This document shows, one piece after another, positions 55,937 to 64,000 of a stretch of DNA of 64,000 bases (its first letter is position 1; each line of letters opens with the position of its first letter). The stretch is from positions 1-64,000 of IMG/VR virus record IMGVR_UViG_3300022745_000021, one strand, 5' to 3'. The position numbers and the translations under genes were made by a program. A model generated the notes under the pieces. That model searched no databases and was not told the DNA's origin. It worked only from the letters and a program-made list of their open reading frames with translations. Source of the stretch: a virus.

Positions 55937-55939
55937 GGA

Positions 55940-56392
55940 TCAGGCTCCCCCGTGATCGCAGCCGGGGCGCAGGTTGCCGTCATCGTCGTAGTCGGGATCA
56001 TCGTCCCCGTCGTCATCCTCGTCGCCGAGCACGCGGGTCGGAAAGTCCGGCTGGCCGGGCACCTCGATCTCGACCAGTTCGCAGGCGGCGGTGACGGCCG
56101 ACATCATGGCGTCGTCTTCCCCGTCGAGGGCGTCCTCCCATGCCGGCGTGTTCGTCGCCTCGTCGATCAGGTCGATGACGACGCTGCGGACGCGCTCGGG
56201 GATGGCCCCCGGCCCGCCGTCCAGCACGCGCTGCCCGTAGGCGATGGCATCATGGATCGCGGTCACCGCTTCCTCGCACTCGGGCGCGTCGGTGTAGTAG
56301 TCCCCGGTCGCCTTGGCGATCAGGTTTTCGAGTGCGTCACGCAGCTTGAGGTTCTCCTCGGCGAGGTCGGGCTGGGTGTTGGTGTCGGTCAT
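55940..56392 (-). CDS. Highly acidic hypothetical protein
   Basis: GGAGG RBS; D/E-rich, tail DEDDDGDDDPDYDDD. Confidence 0.7.
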   Translation of the reverse strand: MTDTNTQPDLAEENLKLRDALENLIAKATGDYYTDAPECEEAVTAIHDAIAYGQRVLDGGPGAIPERVRSVVIDLIDEATNTPAWEDALDGEDDAMMSAVTAACELVEIEVPGQPDFPTRVLGDEDDDGDDDPDYDDDGNLRPGCDHGGA

Positions 56393-56396
56393 GGTC

Positions 56397-56816
56397 TTAC
56401 GCCTCCACGTAGTCGGCTTCAAAGCCGGTGGTCAGGTTGATGCGGGCGGGGAGCTTGTAGTGGTCACGCGCCTTGGTCGTGATCCAGAAGCGGTTGCAGG
56501 TCTTGTAGGGGTTGTAGGTGTGGTCCTTGACCACGTAGCCCATCTGAACGAGCGCGTTGAACGCCAGCTGGCCCATTTCCTCCAGCGTCTCGATCGTGTC
56601 GATCACGCGCTTGGTGAGGAGGAACGTGCGGACCTCGTCGTACATCGGGCGCGACTGGCGCACGCGGCGGCCCTTGGCGTCGATCTCGTAGGTTTCCTCG
56701 GCCGGCTGGCTGATCGCCTTGGCGAGGATGGCGGTCGCCTTGCGGTTGGCGTCGCGCTCACGGGCGGCGGCGCGGTTGGCGAGCACACGGGCGGAAACGG
56801 TCGTCTCGAAGGTCAT
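56397..56816 (-). CDS. Hypothetical protein
   Basis: First gene of cassette 56821-56896. Confidence 0.75.
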   Translation of the reverse strand: MTFETTVSARVLANRAAARERDANRKATAILAKAISQPAEETYEIDAKGRRVRQSRPMYDEVRTFLLTKRVIDTIETLEEMGQLAFNALVQMGYVVKDHTYNPYKTCNRFWITTKARDHYKLPARINLTTGFEADYVEA

Positions 56817-56820
56817 CGTC

Positions 56821-56896
56821 GGTCTCCTCGTTGGGGTGGGCCTGCCTGCCCGTCCCCGTTGATGTCCCTACGTACCATGCTGGCGGTACACGTCAA
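56821..56896 (-). promoter_or_regulatory. Promoter-leader cassette
   Basis: TTGACG-16-TACGTA; GGGG-AC-GGGC-AGGCAG-GCCC-A-CCCC; GAGGAGACC. Confidence 0.8.
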
Positions 56897-56941
56897 GCAA
56901 AAAAGTGAGTGGGCGGGGATTTTTTCGCCCACTCGTGTTGG

Positions 56942-57388
56942 TCAGGCCGCCTTGCGGGTGTCGGTGGTGGCGGACAGGTTCTCGCCGTAGTGGTCGTCCA
57001 CGGCATCGCGGACCGCCTGCACCTCGCGCTCGGTCGGCGCGCGGGAGAACATGAACTCAAGGTCCAGTTCCATCCCCTGCCAGTCGAGGATCAGGTTGTT
57101 GGTGCCCGAGCCGTCGCCCTCGTGGTCGTAGTAGATTTCCGCGTTGCGCGTGGGATCATGCGCGTCGATCAGCGCGAACGTCCGGTTGCCCAGTTCGACC
57201 AGCGCGTGGTCGGCCGGCTCCCAGACCTTGACGACGGTGGCGTGCAGCGGGGCCAGCACCACGTCGCGCTTGAACATGGCGCGGCCGATCGGACCGGACA
57301 TCAGTTCGGTCACCGATGCGTAGAGCGAGCGGGTCGCGGCGTTGCGGGCGCGGTTCTCGGCGATAGCGGCTTGGACGTCGTAAGTCAT
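56942..57388 (-). CDS. Hypothetical protein
   Basis: Single-gene cassette; GAGGAG RBS. Confidence 0.75.
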   Translation of the reverse strand: MTYDVQAAIAENRARNAATRSLYASVTELMSGPIGRAMFKRDVVLAPLHATVVKVWEPADHALVELGNRTFALIDAHDPTRNAEIYYDHEGDGSGTNNLILDWQGMELDLEFMFSRAPTEREVQAVRDAVDDHYGENLSATTDTRKAA

Positions 57389-57392
57389 GGTC

Positions 57393-57482
57393 GGTCTCCT
57401 CGGTTGCAGGGCCTGCCTGCCCTGCCCCATCACCATACCGTTATGGCGGTACGATGCAAGCGAAAAGTACAGCCCGTTGCAA
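57393..57482 (-). promoter_or_regulatory. Promoter-leader cassette
   Basis: TTGCAT-16-TATGGT; GCAGGGC-AGGCAG-GCCCTGC; GAGGAGACC. Confidence 0.8.
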
Positions 57483-57487
57483 ACCGA

Positions 57488-57745
57488 TCAGAGCGCGAGC
57501 GGCATCACCCGGTTGGTCGGCTCATAGGTGCCAGTCCGGTCCAGCGCCGTGATCCCGCCCAGCCTGATCTTGTCCGCCGCGTCACGCCACTCGAACGGCA
57601 CGGCCGACAAGGGCAGGCGCCGGCCATCCTCGATCAGCAGCAGTTCGCCGCGCATGTGCAGCGCGCGCACGAACACATCGGCGGGCACGCAGACTTCGGC
57701 GATCTCGTCGAGGTTCATGCGAGAGAACGTAGGGGTGCGTGTCAT
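57488..57745 (-). CDS. Hypothetical protein
   Basis: GGAG RBS; ATGA coupling. Confidence 0.65.
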   Translation of the reverse strand: MTRTPTFSRMNLDEIAEVCVPADVFVRALHMRGELLLIEDGRRLPLSAVPFEWRDAADKIRLGGITALDRTGTYEPTNRVMPLAL

Positions 57746-57993
57746 AAGGCTTCGTCTCCATGGCGCGGCTCGGACCAGTCCTCGAACCGGCCGTACTCGA
57801 ACGTGTCGCGTGCCACCTTGCCGATGTCGTCCTTGCGCGCGATGGCGATGCACTGGCTCGGGTAGCGTTCGGGTTCGGGGAGCGACGACGCCGCCGCCCA
57901 CCCGTGTTGCGTCCCGACGACGTGGTAATCGCCGGTGTCCAAGTCAATGACCAGCTTGGCGTAAATCGGCGCATCGAGCACAAGCGCGGTCAC
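57742..57993 (-). CDS. Hypothetical protein
   Basis: GTGA coupling. Confidence 0.6.
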   Translation of the reverse strand: MTALVLDAPIYAKLVIDLDTGDYHVVGTQHGWAAASSLPEPERYPSQCIAIARKDDIGKVARDTFEYGRFEDWSEPRHGDEAL

Positions 57994-58208
57994 GGGGTGT
58001 TCCCCAGCCGGGCCACCCGGCTCGTCCCTGCAACGCGTTGCACCCGGGTGCGCGGGCGTTCGGTCAGGAACACCGCGTCGCACTTGCGCACGTCCCCCGG
58101 GCCGGGGCCGAACCGGACCGTCGTCCAGCCGCCCTTGACCCGGGGGGAGACCACGACGCCATCGCCGTACTGGCTGTGCGTCACGCGCTTTCCATAGGAG
58201 AGCTTCAC
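57990..58208 (-). CDS. Small SH3-like beta-barrel protein
   Basis: G.RVTH..YG.GVVV...TVRF pattern; GGAGG RBS. Confidence 0.6.
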   Translation of the reverse strand: MKLSYGKRVTHSQYGDGVVVSPRVKGGWTTVRFGPGPGDVRKCDAVFLTERPRTRVQRVAGTSRVARLGNTP

Positions 58209-58212
58209 GTGT

Positions 58213-58854
58213 TCAGCCCTCCCGAAGCGGGTCGTTGGGTTTCAGGATCGCGGCCTTGGCGTCATACGCGTCGGGGTTGGCCTCAAAGTCGTCGCCGGTC
58301 TCGAACTCGGGGATCACGTTGCGCGGATCGGACCAGCTGTGGTCGGTCCCGGTCACCCGGCCCCGGTCGCTGTCGCGGTTGTAGCGCCAGCCGCCCGCGT
58401 CCGTCACGGGGTCGTCGAAGCGTGCGCTCTCGTAGTGTGGATGGTCGTGAAGTTCGAGGCAGGTGACTTCCTTGCCCCCCTGCGTCCTATACGTGTTCCC
58501 CACGACAAAAGGCTTGGTCACACGCTGGAAGTGACGGTGCACCGGCGTAGGCGTAGCGGGGGCGGCTGCCTCGGTCGAGGCGGGGGCCTCGAACAGCCCG
58601 GGCCAGAACGTCTTCGGGTCGATCCACATTTCCTCGCGGGACAGGTTCTCGTGTTCCTCGATCGCCTCGATCACGTCTTCGATCACGGTGTCCGCGTCCA
58701 GCGCCGGGTTCTCGTCTTCGTCGGCGTGCGCCTCGTTGTAGTAGGCGATCAGTTCGCCGCGCAGGTGCTCCTCGTCCGGGTGGATCGAGAAGCGCGGACC
58801 AGACGACGTTTCGATGTGGCAGACGATCAGCTTGGGGGTGTTGTTATCGGTCAT
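58213..58854 (-). CDS. Hypothetical two-domain protein
   Basis: GGAGGA RBS; acidic N-domain, VG.TYRT..G..V C-domain. Confidence 0.7.
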   Translation of the reverse strand: MTDNNTPKLIVCHIETSSGPRFSIHPDEEHLRGELIAYYNEAHADEDENPALDADTVIEDVIEAIEEHENLSREEMWIDPKTFWPGLFEAPASTEAAAPATPTPVHRHFQRVTKPFVVGNTYRTQGGKEVTCLELHDHPHYESARFDDPVTDAGGWRYNRDSDRGRVTGTDHSWSDPRNVIPEFETGDDFEANPDAYDAKAAILKPNDPLREG

Positions 58855-58858
58855 GGGA

Positions 58859-59479
58859 TCAATCCTCCAGTGCAGTGACGTGAACGCTCGCGCTCTCGTC
58901 GTCGTTGACGGTAAATTCGGTAACCAGCGGCTGGCCGTAGTCACTGCCGGACAGGCACTCGTTGGCTTCGCGGACACGCTCGGCCAGCTGCCGGCCGATC
59001 TCGGCGGCGTGGTCTTCATCGCGTGCCCCACGCACGATCAGGTTGAGCGTCATGTCAACCGACACCGTGAAGTCGCCGGACGCGGGGTCCGGGTCAACGT
59101 CGGTGACCAGTCGGGAGAGCTTGAAAACGCCCATGCAGCGCTTACCCATCAGGGTCGGCGTGCCGTTGAGCGGCGGATAGATGACGGTGTCGGTGTCCTC
59201 GGTCAGAAACTTGCCATGGCGGCGACGGATCGAGCGCACGCGGTAGCGCGGGCAGCCCTCCAGCACGTCCTCACCGATGGCCTCGACGGTGCCGTCAACC
59301 CACGCGGCGTACTCGCCGGTGCGGGTGGTGCCGCCGATCTTGCCGTTCGGCATAACGCCCATAGCGAAGTCGAAGCAACGCACGGTGTCGCCCACGGCGA
59401 TCGGCTGGTCGAGCATGTCCTTGTCGGCCGACAGGTCGGACAGGGGGATGGCGGGGGTGATCTCGGTGAAGGTGGTCAC
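58859..59479 (-). CDS. Hypothetical protein
   Basis: GTG start after GAGGAGACC; I.VGD.VR.FDF...G.VE...GCPRY motif. Confidence 0.75.
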   Translation of the reverse strand: MTTFTEITPAIPLSDLSADKDMLDQPIAVGDTVRCFDFAMGVMPNGKIGGTTRTGEYAAWVDGTVEAIGEDVLEGCPRYRVRSIRRRHGKFLTEDTDTVIYPPLNGTPTLMGKRCMGVFKLSRLVTDVDPDPASGDFTVSVDMTLNLIVRGARDEDHAAEIGRQLAERVREANECLSGSDYGQPLVTEFTVNDDESASVHVTALED

Positions 59480-59485
59480 GGTCTT

Positions 59486-59571
59486 GGTCTCCTCGGGCGG
59501 CCTGCCTGCCGCCGATGTCTCTACATACCATGCAGGGGGTACGTGTCAAGCGTCAAGTGCAGCCGGTTGCA
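59486..59571 (-). promoter_or_regulatory. Promoter-leader cassette
   Basis: TGCAACCGGCTGCA; TTGACA-16-TATGTA; GGCGGC-AGGCAG-GCCGCC; GAGGAGACC. Confidence 0.8.
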
Positions 59572-59803
59572 ACTTGGCGAACACTTTTCCGCGCTTGCGG
59601 GGGCGGACCGTGAAGCCCTCCCCCGTGCGGTGCGATCCGCGCTGCGCCAGTTCGGGCACCGGCTGGAGCGGTGCCCAGCCCCAGCCGTGCCGGTCCTCGG
59701 CCAGTCGGAACGCGTGGCCGATCCGGGCCTCCGCGCCGTAGCACAGCCGGGCGTTGTCGAGCGCAGCCGCACGTGAGGCGAACCGGGCGGCGGTCAGGGT
59801 CAC
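59546..59803 (-). CDS. Hypothetical protein
   Basis: GTGA coupling with the upstream gene. Confidence 0.5.
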   Translation of the reverse strand: MTLTAARFASRAAALDNARLCYGAEARIGHAFRLAEDRHGWGWAPLQPVPELAQRGSHRTGEGFTVRPRKRGKVFAKLQPAALDA

Positions 59804-60180
59804 CAGTCGCGGCCCCGGTCGCGGCATTCGGCCTCACGGCCGGGGATGCGAGCACGTTCGCGCGGGTCGCAGTAATCGAGCGGGCGCGGGCCGAAGATCG
59901 TCCGGTGCAACGGGTGCAGCGGATGTGTGATCGGCATCGCCGGGTGCACCGCGACCGGTGCCGGACGAGCAGGGGCCGCACGCACGATCACCGGCGCCGG
60001 GCGGGTGATGACGACAGGACGGGAGACGACCGGCGCGGAGACGTGCGGCGTCGCGACGTGTGGCGCAGATATGTGCGGTGCGGAAAAATGCGGCACCGAC
60101 ACGTGCGCGGTGAAGCTGGCGTGAGCGGCAGTGCCGGTCAGTGCCAAGGCGGCGGTCAGGAGGGCGAGGCATTGGCGCAT
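59800..60180 (-). CDS. Exported His/Pro-rich repeat protein
   Basis: Signal peptide ending AHA; HVSVP-HFSAP-HISAP-HVATP-HVSAP; AGGAG RBS. Confidence 0.75.
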   Translation of the reverse strand: MRQCLALLTAALALTGTAAHASFTAHVSVPHFSAPHISAPHVATPHVSAPVVSRPVVITRPAPVIVRAAPARPAPVAVHPAMPITHPLHPLHRTIFGPRPLDYCDPRERARIPGREAECRDRGRDW

Positions 60181-60264
60181 TGAATGGGTCTCCTAGCAAC
60201 ACGTGTAGGTGTACGAAAACAGGGGAGCCGTGTCAAGCTCACCTGCCCGTCTGGTGGCGCTGGA

Positions 60265-60852
60265 TCAGTCCAGCTTGTTGTAATACTGGCCCTTGCCATC
60301 CCATGCGTGCGCCCACGCGTGGCTGGACACCTTGGGACGGTTGTCGGCACCGCACCGCACCTTGAACGGCGTGCCCTTGACGGCGGTCTCGTCGGCTACC
60401 TCGTAACCGTAGAAGCCGGGTTCCGACGACGCGGCGCGCTCGGGGTCGAGCTTGCTGCCCAGCGGCTGGAGCGTCAGTCCGTTCGGCGTGGTGGCGACCA
60501 CCTTGTAGAAGGAGTTGAGGCTCATGGAATATCCCCAATTGGACACGAGGATGTCACCGACTTTGTAGGTGTGCGGCGCGGCGCGCTCGGCCTTGCGAGC
60601 GGCTTTGCGATCGGCGTCCTGCCGGTAGGCTTCAACGGTGCCGGCGATGCGCGCGGCGCGCTTCTCGGCGGTCAGGTAGACCTCCCAGTAGATCGGCTTG
60701 GCCTTCTTGCCATGGAACGCCTTGACGACGGGGCGGCCGGTGGTCTCGTGGTCGTAGGTGTAGAAGACAAGGCCGAGTTCGGTGGCCTCGACCTGTTCGA
60801 GGTTCGGCTTGTCGGTGGGGATGTAGAACTCGCGGTTCAGGGTCATGTGCAT
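60265..60852 (-). CDS. Hypothetical protein
   Basis: KVGDILVSNWGY.M....FY.VV and AHAWDG motifs; GAGGAG RBS. Confidence 0.8.
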   Translation of the reverse strand: MHMTLNREFYIPTDKPNLEQVEATELGLVFYTYDHETTGRPVVKAFHGKKAKPIYWEVYLTAEKRAARIAGTVEAYRQDADRKAARKAERAAPHTYKVGDILVSNWGYSMSLNSFYKVVATTPNGLTLQPLGSKLDPERAASSEPGFYGYEVADETAVKGTPFKVRCGADNRPKVSSHAWAHAWDGKGQYYNKLD

Positions 60853-60857
60853 CGAAT

Positions 60858-60954
60858 GTCTCCTCGGTGGTCGGTCCGGCCTGCCTGCCGTTCCGATGTC
60901 TCTTAGTACCACGCTGGCGGTACGTTGCAAGCGAAAAAGTGCAACCGGGTTGCA
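60858..60954 (-). promoter_or_regulatory. Promoter-leader cassette
   Basis: TGCAAC-N3-GTTGCA; TTGCAA-16-TACTAA; TCGG..GGC-AGGCAG-GCC..CCGA; GAGGAGAC. Confidence 0.8.
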
Positions 60955-60959
60955 AAATG

Positions 60960-61589
60960 TCAGGCGTGCTGCCTGCCCGGTTCGGCGACGAAGAACTCGG
61001 CGATCTGTTCTGGCGAGAACCCCCAGCCCTGCCCGGCTTGGCCCTTGCCCTCGCGGGACAGCACGATGGCCCCGCTGGTGACCTGTCCGTGGCGCGCGTT
61101 GGTGACGTGGAACTTGTCGCGCGGCTTGAAGGTGACGAGCCGCCCGGTGCCGCCGGGCCGGAAGGCAACCGGCTTGGTGCACATCAGCACCGTCCATTGT
61201 AGGATGGGCTGGCCCGGGTCGATCGGGACCATGCTGTGCTCGAACAGCACGTTGTCGATGATCTTGATCGCCTGCGCGACCGATAGCGCGATCTCCCGGC
61301 CCTCGGTGCGACACGACACCACGCCCACGGGCCTGCCCAGTCCGCCGTCGAAGCTGGCGGCGTACAGCTTCTCGAACTTCTCGGCGGCGGCCGGCGAGAC
61401 GGTGTAGCCCTTTGAGCGGTGGACCCAGCGCCCCCCTACGGCCTCGGCAAGCCATGACGCGCGGCCCTTCATGCCCTCGCGGCTGTCGAGCGGCTGGATC
61501 ACCTTCTTGCCCTTGGCGTAGCGCGCGTCGGTGATCCGGTAGGCGAGGTTGGCGGCGCCGTCGATGGCGATGCGGGTCTCGGCGGTCAT
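60960..61589 (-). CDS. Hypothetical protein
   Basis: GGAG RBS; ARYAKG...K.RA..LA...GGRW.HR..GY motif. Confidence 0.75.
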   Translation of the reverse strand: MTAETRIAIDGAANLAYRITDARYAKGKKVIQPLDSREGMKGRASWLAEAVGGRWVHRSKGYTVSPAAAEKFEKLYAASFDGGLGRPVGVVSCRTEGREIALSVAQAIKIIDNVLFEHSMVPIDPGQPILQWTVLMCTKPVAFRPGGTGRLVTFKPRDKFHVTNARHGQVTSGAIVLSREGKGQAGQGWGFSPEQIAEFFVAEPGRQHA

Positions 61590-61873
61590 GCTACGATCTC
61601 CCCGGCCGGGTGGGTGTAGACCGCGCTGCCGGTCTGGAGCACGCGGCGCTCCTGATCGAGCGCGGTGATCTCGGCGGCGATGCCGGCGGCGCGGTCCTGC
61701 GCGTCGAACAGCGCGATCAGGGCGCGGGCCTGCGCGATGCGGCCCCGGGCGTTGTGGTAGAGGCGTTCGCGGCGCACTTCCTCGCCGACGGCGAGCATCA
61801 GGTCGATGTCGAGCAAGCCGATCGCGTGGGTGATGGCGTCGATGCGGGCTTCGGTGACGGTCTGGAACGACAT
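61586..61873 (-). CDS. Helical hypothetical protein
   Basis: First gene of cassette 61879-61951. Confidence 0.75.
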   Translation of the reverse strand: MSFQTVTEARIDAITHAIGLLDIDLMLAVGEEVRRERLYHNARGRIAQARALIALFDAQDRAAGIAAEITALDQERRVLQTGSAVYTHPAGEIVA

Positions 61874-61878
61874 GGTAT

Positions 61879-61951
61879 GGTCTCCTCGTATCGGGCCGGG
61901 ACTGCCTTCCCTGCCGATGACCTTTCATACCACGCCGGGGGTACGGTGCAA
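61879..61951 (-). promoter_or_regulatory. Promoter-leader cassette
   Basis: TTGCAC-16-TATGAA; ATCGG-CA-GGGA-AGGCAG-TCCC-GGC-CCGAT; GAGGAGACC. Confidence 0.8.
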
Positions 61952-61970
61952 GCGAAAAGTGCGGGCGGCC

Positions 61971-62213
61971 CTAGAGCAGGCCCTCTTTTTTCGCGAGCCA
62001 GCCTTGGATCGAGACCGTCCCCGCGCGCTTGCCCCGGTAGTCGGGGTGGTCGCTCACGCCCTCCTCGTGGAAGTCGGCTTGGCTCTTGGGGAACCACATC
62101 GGCGTCACGACGCGGGCGAGCTTGAGCAGGTAGCTCCGGTCGCTTTCCTTGACGACGATCGCGGCGGCCTCGTACGGGGGCGTTTCGCGGCGAGCGGTGT
62201 AGCCTAGGGCCAT
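61971..62213 (-). CDS. Hypothetical protein
   Basis: AGGAG RBS; KES.RS...WFPKSQ...WLA.K.GL, similar to the C-terminal module of gene 55097-55606. Confidence 0.7.
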   Translation of the reverse strand: MALGYTARRETPPYEAAAIVVKESDRSYLLKLARVVTPMWFPKSQADFHEEGVSDHPDYRGKRAGTVSIQGWLAKKEGLL

Positions 62214-62223
62214 GGGTATACTC

Positions 62224-62439
62224 CTACTTGCGCTTGCCCCGCGCCCGGCGGCGCTGGCGCTTGGTCTGGGGCACGGTGCTGGTGAAGCGTTCGACGTTGC
62301 GGTCCGCGATCGGCGTGTTCCAGCCGGTGTCCGGCCTGCCCCGACGGGGATAGCCGAGCAGATCATCGAACGGACTGTCCATCGGGACGCCATACGACGT
62401 GGCGGTGAGACCAATGGCGTAGGCGAGTGCGGGGAACAT
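62224..62439 (-). CDS. Hypothetical protein with basic C-terminus
   Basis: Operon position; QRRRARGKRK tail. Confidence 0.5.
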   Translation of the reverse strand: MFPALAYAIGLTATSYGVPMDSPFDDLLGYPRRGRPDTGWNTPIADRNVERFTSTVPQTKRQRRRARGKRK

Positions 62440-62447
62440 ACGGCGCG

Positions 62448-62819
62448 TCAGTGCACGTCCTGACACATGATTGTCCGGGCACGGTGTCGCACATTGCTGA
62501 ACGCATCGTCTAGTTGTTCGCGGGTCAGCCCCGACGACGACACGAAAACAACCGGGCGGGGCGGCGGGGTGATCCGCTTCTCGCATACCCATGCCAGCGC
62601 CAGCAGGGCGACGGCGACCGGCAGCAGCAGCGCGGCGAGCAGCCAGTCGTGATGCCCGAAGGCAAAGCCGGCGACGGCGCCGGTGACGAGCGTCAGCCCG
62701 CAAGCGACGCTGGTCAGTGCGGCGTAGCCCCGGTGGTAGTACTCGCCGGTGTGCTTGTCCTGCGCGTAGCCATTGACATAGGCGCGGGCTATAGGGATCA
62801 GGTAGTGTAGCGGCAACAT
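62448..62819 (-). CDS. Membrane protein (2 TM)
   Basis: GAGGAG RBS; two hydrophobic segments. Confidence 0.7.
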   Translation of the reverse strand: MLPLHYLIPIARAYVNGYAQDKHTGEYYHRGYAALTSVACGLTLVTGAVAGFAFGHHDWLLAALLLPVAVALLALAWVCEKRITPPPRPVVFVSSSGLTREQLDDAFSNVRHRARTIMCQDVH

Positions 62820-62944
62820 GTGGGTGTCTCCTCGTCTCTGCCAAGAACACATGTAGCCTACACATTAGCGGGCGTCAAGCGGCTTGGTTCCAGCCCGTGC
62901 TACGATTTTCCCGGCTCGCGCTTTACCGTTGCAACTGGTTGCAC

Positions 62945-63208
62945 CTATTCCGGCCTCGGCCCGGGGTCGCGGCGCTCCCCGCCCTGCCGGATCGTCTGTC
63001 CCGCCTCGGTCTGCGTGATGTGCGCCGCCCGGACGATGCGCGACTGGCGGATTGCGAAGATCGTGCCGCACACCGCGTCGGCGACGTCCTTCGAGTTGTG
63101 GACGAACACGCCTGCGGCCAGCGCGAAGTTTTCAGTCCCCGGCACCGTCAGGTCGAACACCGGAACGGGCTGCGAGGTAGTTATCCGCGTCACGCGAGTG
63201 CATTTCAT
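62945..63208 (-). CDS. Split-intein C-fragment (38 aa) fused to the C-terminal 49 aa of a probable terminase large subunit
   Basis: Own RBS (GGGGAG) and ATG; PVFDLTV...NFAL..GVFVHN matches intein blocks F/G; followed by SKDVADAV, the last acidic motif of TerL nuclease domains. Confidence 0.8.
   Translation of the reverse strand: MKCTRVTRITTSQPVPVFDLTVPGTENFALAAGVFVHNSKDVADAVCGTIFAIRQSRIVRAAHITQTEAGQTIRQGGERRDPGPRPE
63095..63208 (-). mobile_element. Intein C-terminal splicing fragment (IntC)
   Basis: Ends His-Asn with Ser at +1. Confidence 0.85.
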
Positions 63209-64000
63209 GGTAGGTCTCCCCCCTTGGCAGGAGCGTGTTTGCGTCGGCCGGGGTACGGAACAGCCGCCTCCTCCCATACCCGTCGTGCGTGCTCGGCGGC
63301 TTCGGCCTCGTCATCGAAGTACCCCTTCGTCACCTTGCGGAAGATCACGCGCCATCGCCCTTGCGGCGCGAACCACGACACGCCGGTCCACTCGGACGAC
63401 TTGACCGCTCGCCTCGTACACGTGTTGAAGTTGGGGATGACGAAGTCTTCGGGCAAGGGGTCGTCGGGGAAGTTAAGCTCCCGGCCCTGACCCGGGTAAC
63501 GCGCCCGCGCCACGCGGTCGTAGACCTTGGCCGCGATGGTGATGTCTCGGTATTGCCCGTAGTGGACCGTGCCCACTGTCACGCGCCAGAACCCGGCTTC
63601 CTTGGCGGGCTTTACCCCGCGATAGCCGTGCGGCGGCGCGTCTCCCATGTAGCCACGGATTGCCACGCGTGTCCTCCCGCAGTTGACGGCGTCCGGCAGG
63701 TGGCGAAGGTTTCGCCGCCGGCAGTCAAGTCGGTCGTGGTTTTCATGGTCAATATGCATACCCGGCGGTGCCCTGCCCGCGATCAGGCTGTGCAGCGATC
63801 GGTTTTCCGTGCGCTTGCAGCTGACCCGGCTGTGCCCCTGTCGGTGCCGGATGCTGTACGCGTAGCCGTTGTTCAGGTGTAGCGCCAGCCCGTCCACCAA
63901 GGGCACGTCGGCATAGTCGATCTTGGCCCACACCCACGTGCCCTTGGGTCCGCGCACCGGAACCTCGACGTAGTCGGGCAAAAACCGAAAGGGCGGCCAG
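63205..64000 (-). CDS. HNH homing endonuclease with two AP2-like domains (5' end open to the window edge; TTG at 63981 possible)
   Basis: AKID..D, LH..I...IDH.NH.RLD.RR.NLR (HNH); YRGV...W...A..YD..A...LNFP and SS.WTGVSW...W...YFDDE.EAA (AP2). Confidence 0.9.
   Translation of the reverse strand, partial: WPPFRFLPDYVEVPVRGPKGTWVWAKIDYADVPLVDGLALHLNNGYAYSIRHRQGHSRVSCKRTENRSLHSLIAGRAPPGMHIDHENHDRLDCRRRNLRHLPDAVNCGRTRVAIRGYMGDAPPHGYRGVKPAKEAGFWRVTVGTVHYGQYRDITIAAKVYDRVARARYPGQGRELNFPDDPLPEDFVIPNFNTCTRRAVKSSEWTGVSWFAPQGRWRVIFRKVTKGYFDDEAEAAEHARRVWEEAAVPYPGRRKHAPAKGGDLP

Noticed and set aside
49410-61915. Leader hairpins as CsrA/RsmA sites or terminators
   Set aside because: The loop lacks GGA and the stems have no U-tract
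49387-61951. Repeated blocks as a CRISPR array or integron attC sites
   Set aside because: Spacing is gene-sized and irregular, the repeats are promoter/RBS elements, and there is no cas or integrase gene in the window

Overview
The window is a GC-rich fragment of a tailed dsDNA phage genome (long non-contractile tail, lambda-like tail tip). The host is probably an alphaproteobacterium, which is an inference. Almost all genes are on the minus strand. 0.3-27.1 kb is the virion module, in transcription order: portal, XkdF-like protease, scaffold, major capsid, head-tail proteins, tail tube, G/GT chaperones with a GGGAAAC -1 frameshift site, tape measure, M, L, K, I, and a 3449-aa J-like fibre with about seven lectin-like modules. 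27.2-62.9 kb is an accessory or early region of about 70 small genes. It includes thyA, a metallophosphoesterase, glutaredoxin, RNase H, and MazG-like, DUF1643 and Lar-like genes, organised as repeated promoter-leader cassettes. At the right edge, the last 49 residues of what looks like the large terminase are encoded in their own ORF behind a 38-aa C-terminal intein fragment, preceded by an HNH-AP2 endonuclease; this is an apparent naturally split intein. Other main observations are a covarying 5' leader hairpin with a conserved (A/U)GGCAG loop in at least 10 cassettes, about 36 window-wide TGCAAC-N2/3-GTTGCA palindromes, a TACC-N8-GGTA palindrome inside 14 promoters, and two genes that seem to start at ATT/ATC. 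I saw no tRNA, rRNA, CRISPR array, integrase or DNA polymerase. All family assignments are from motif recognition by eye, not database searches.
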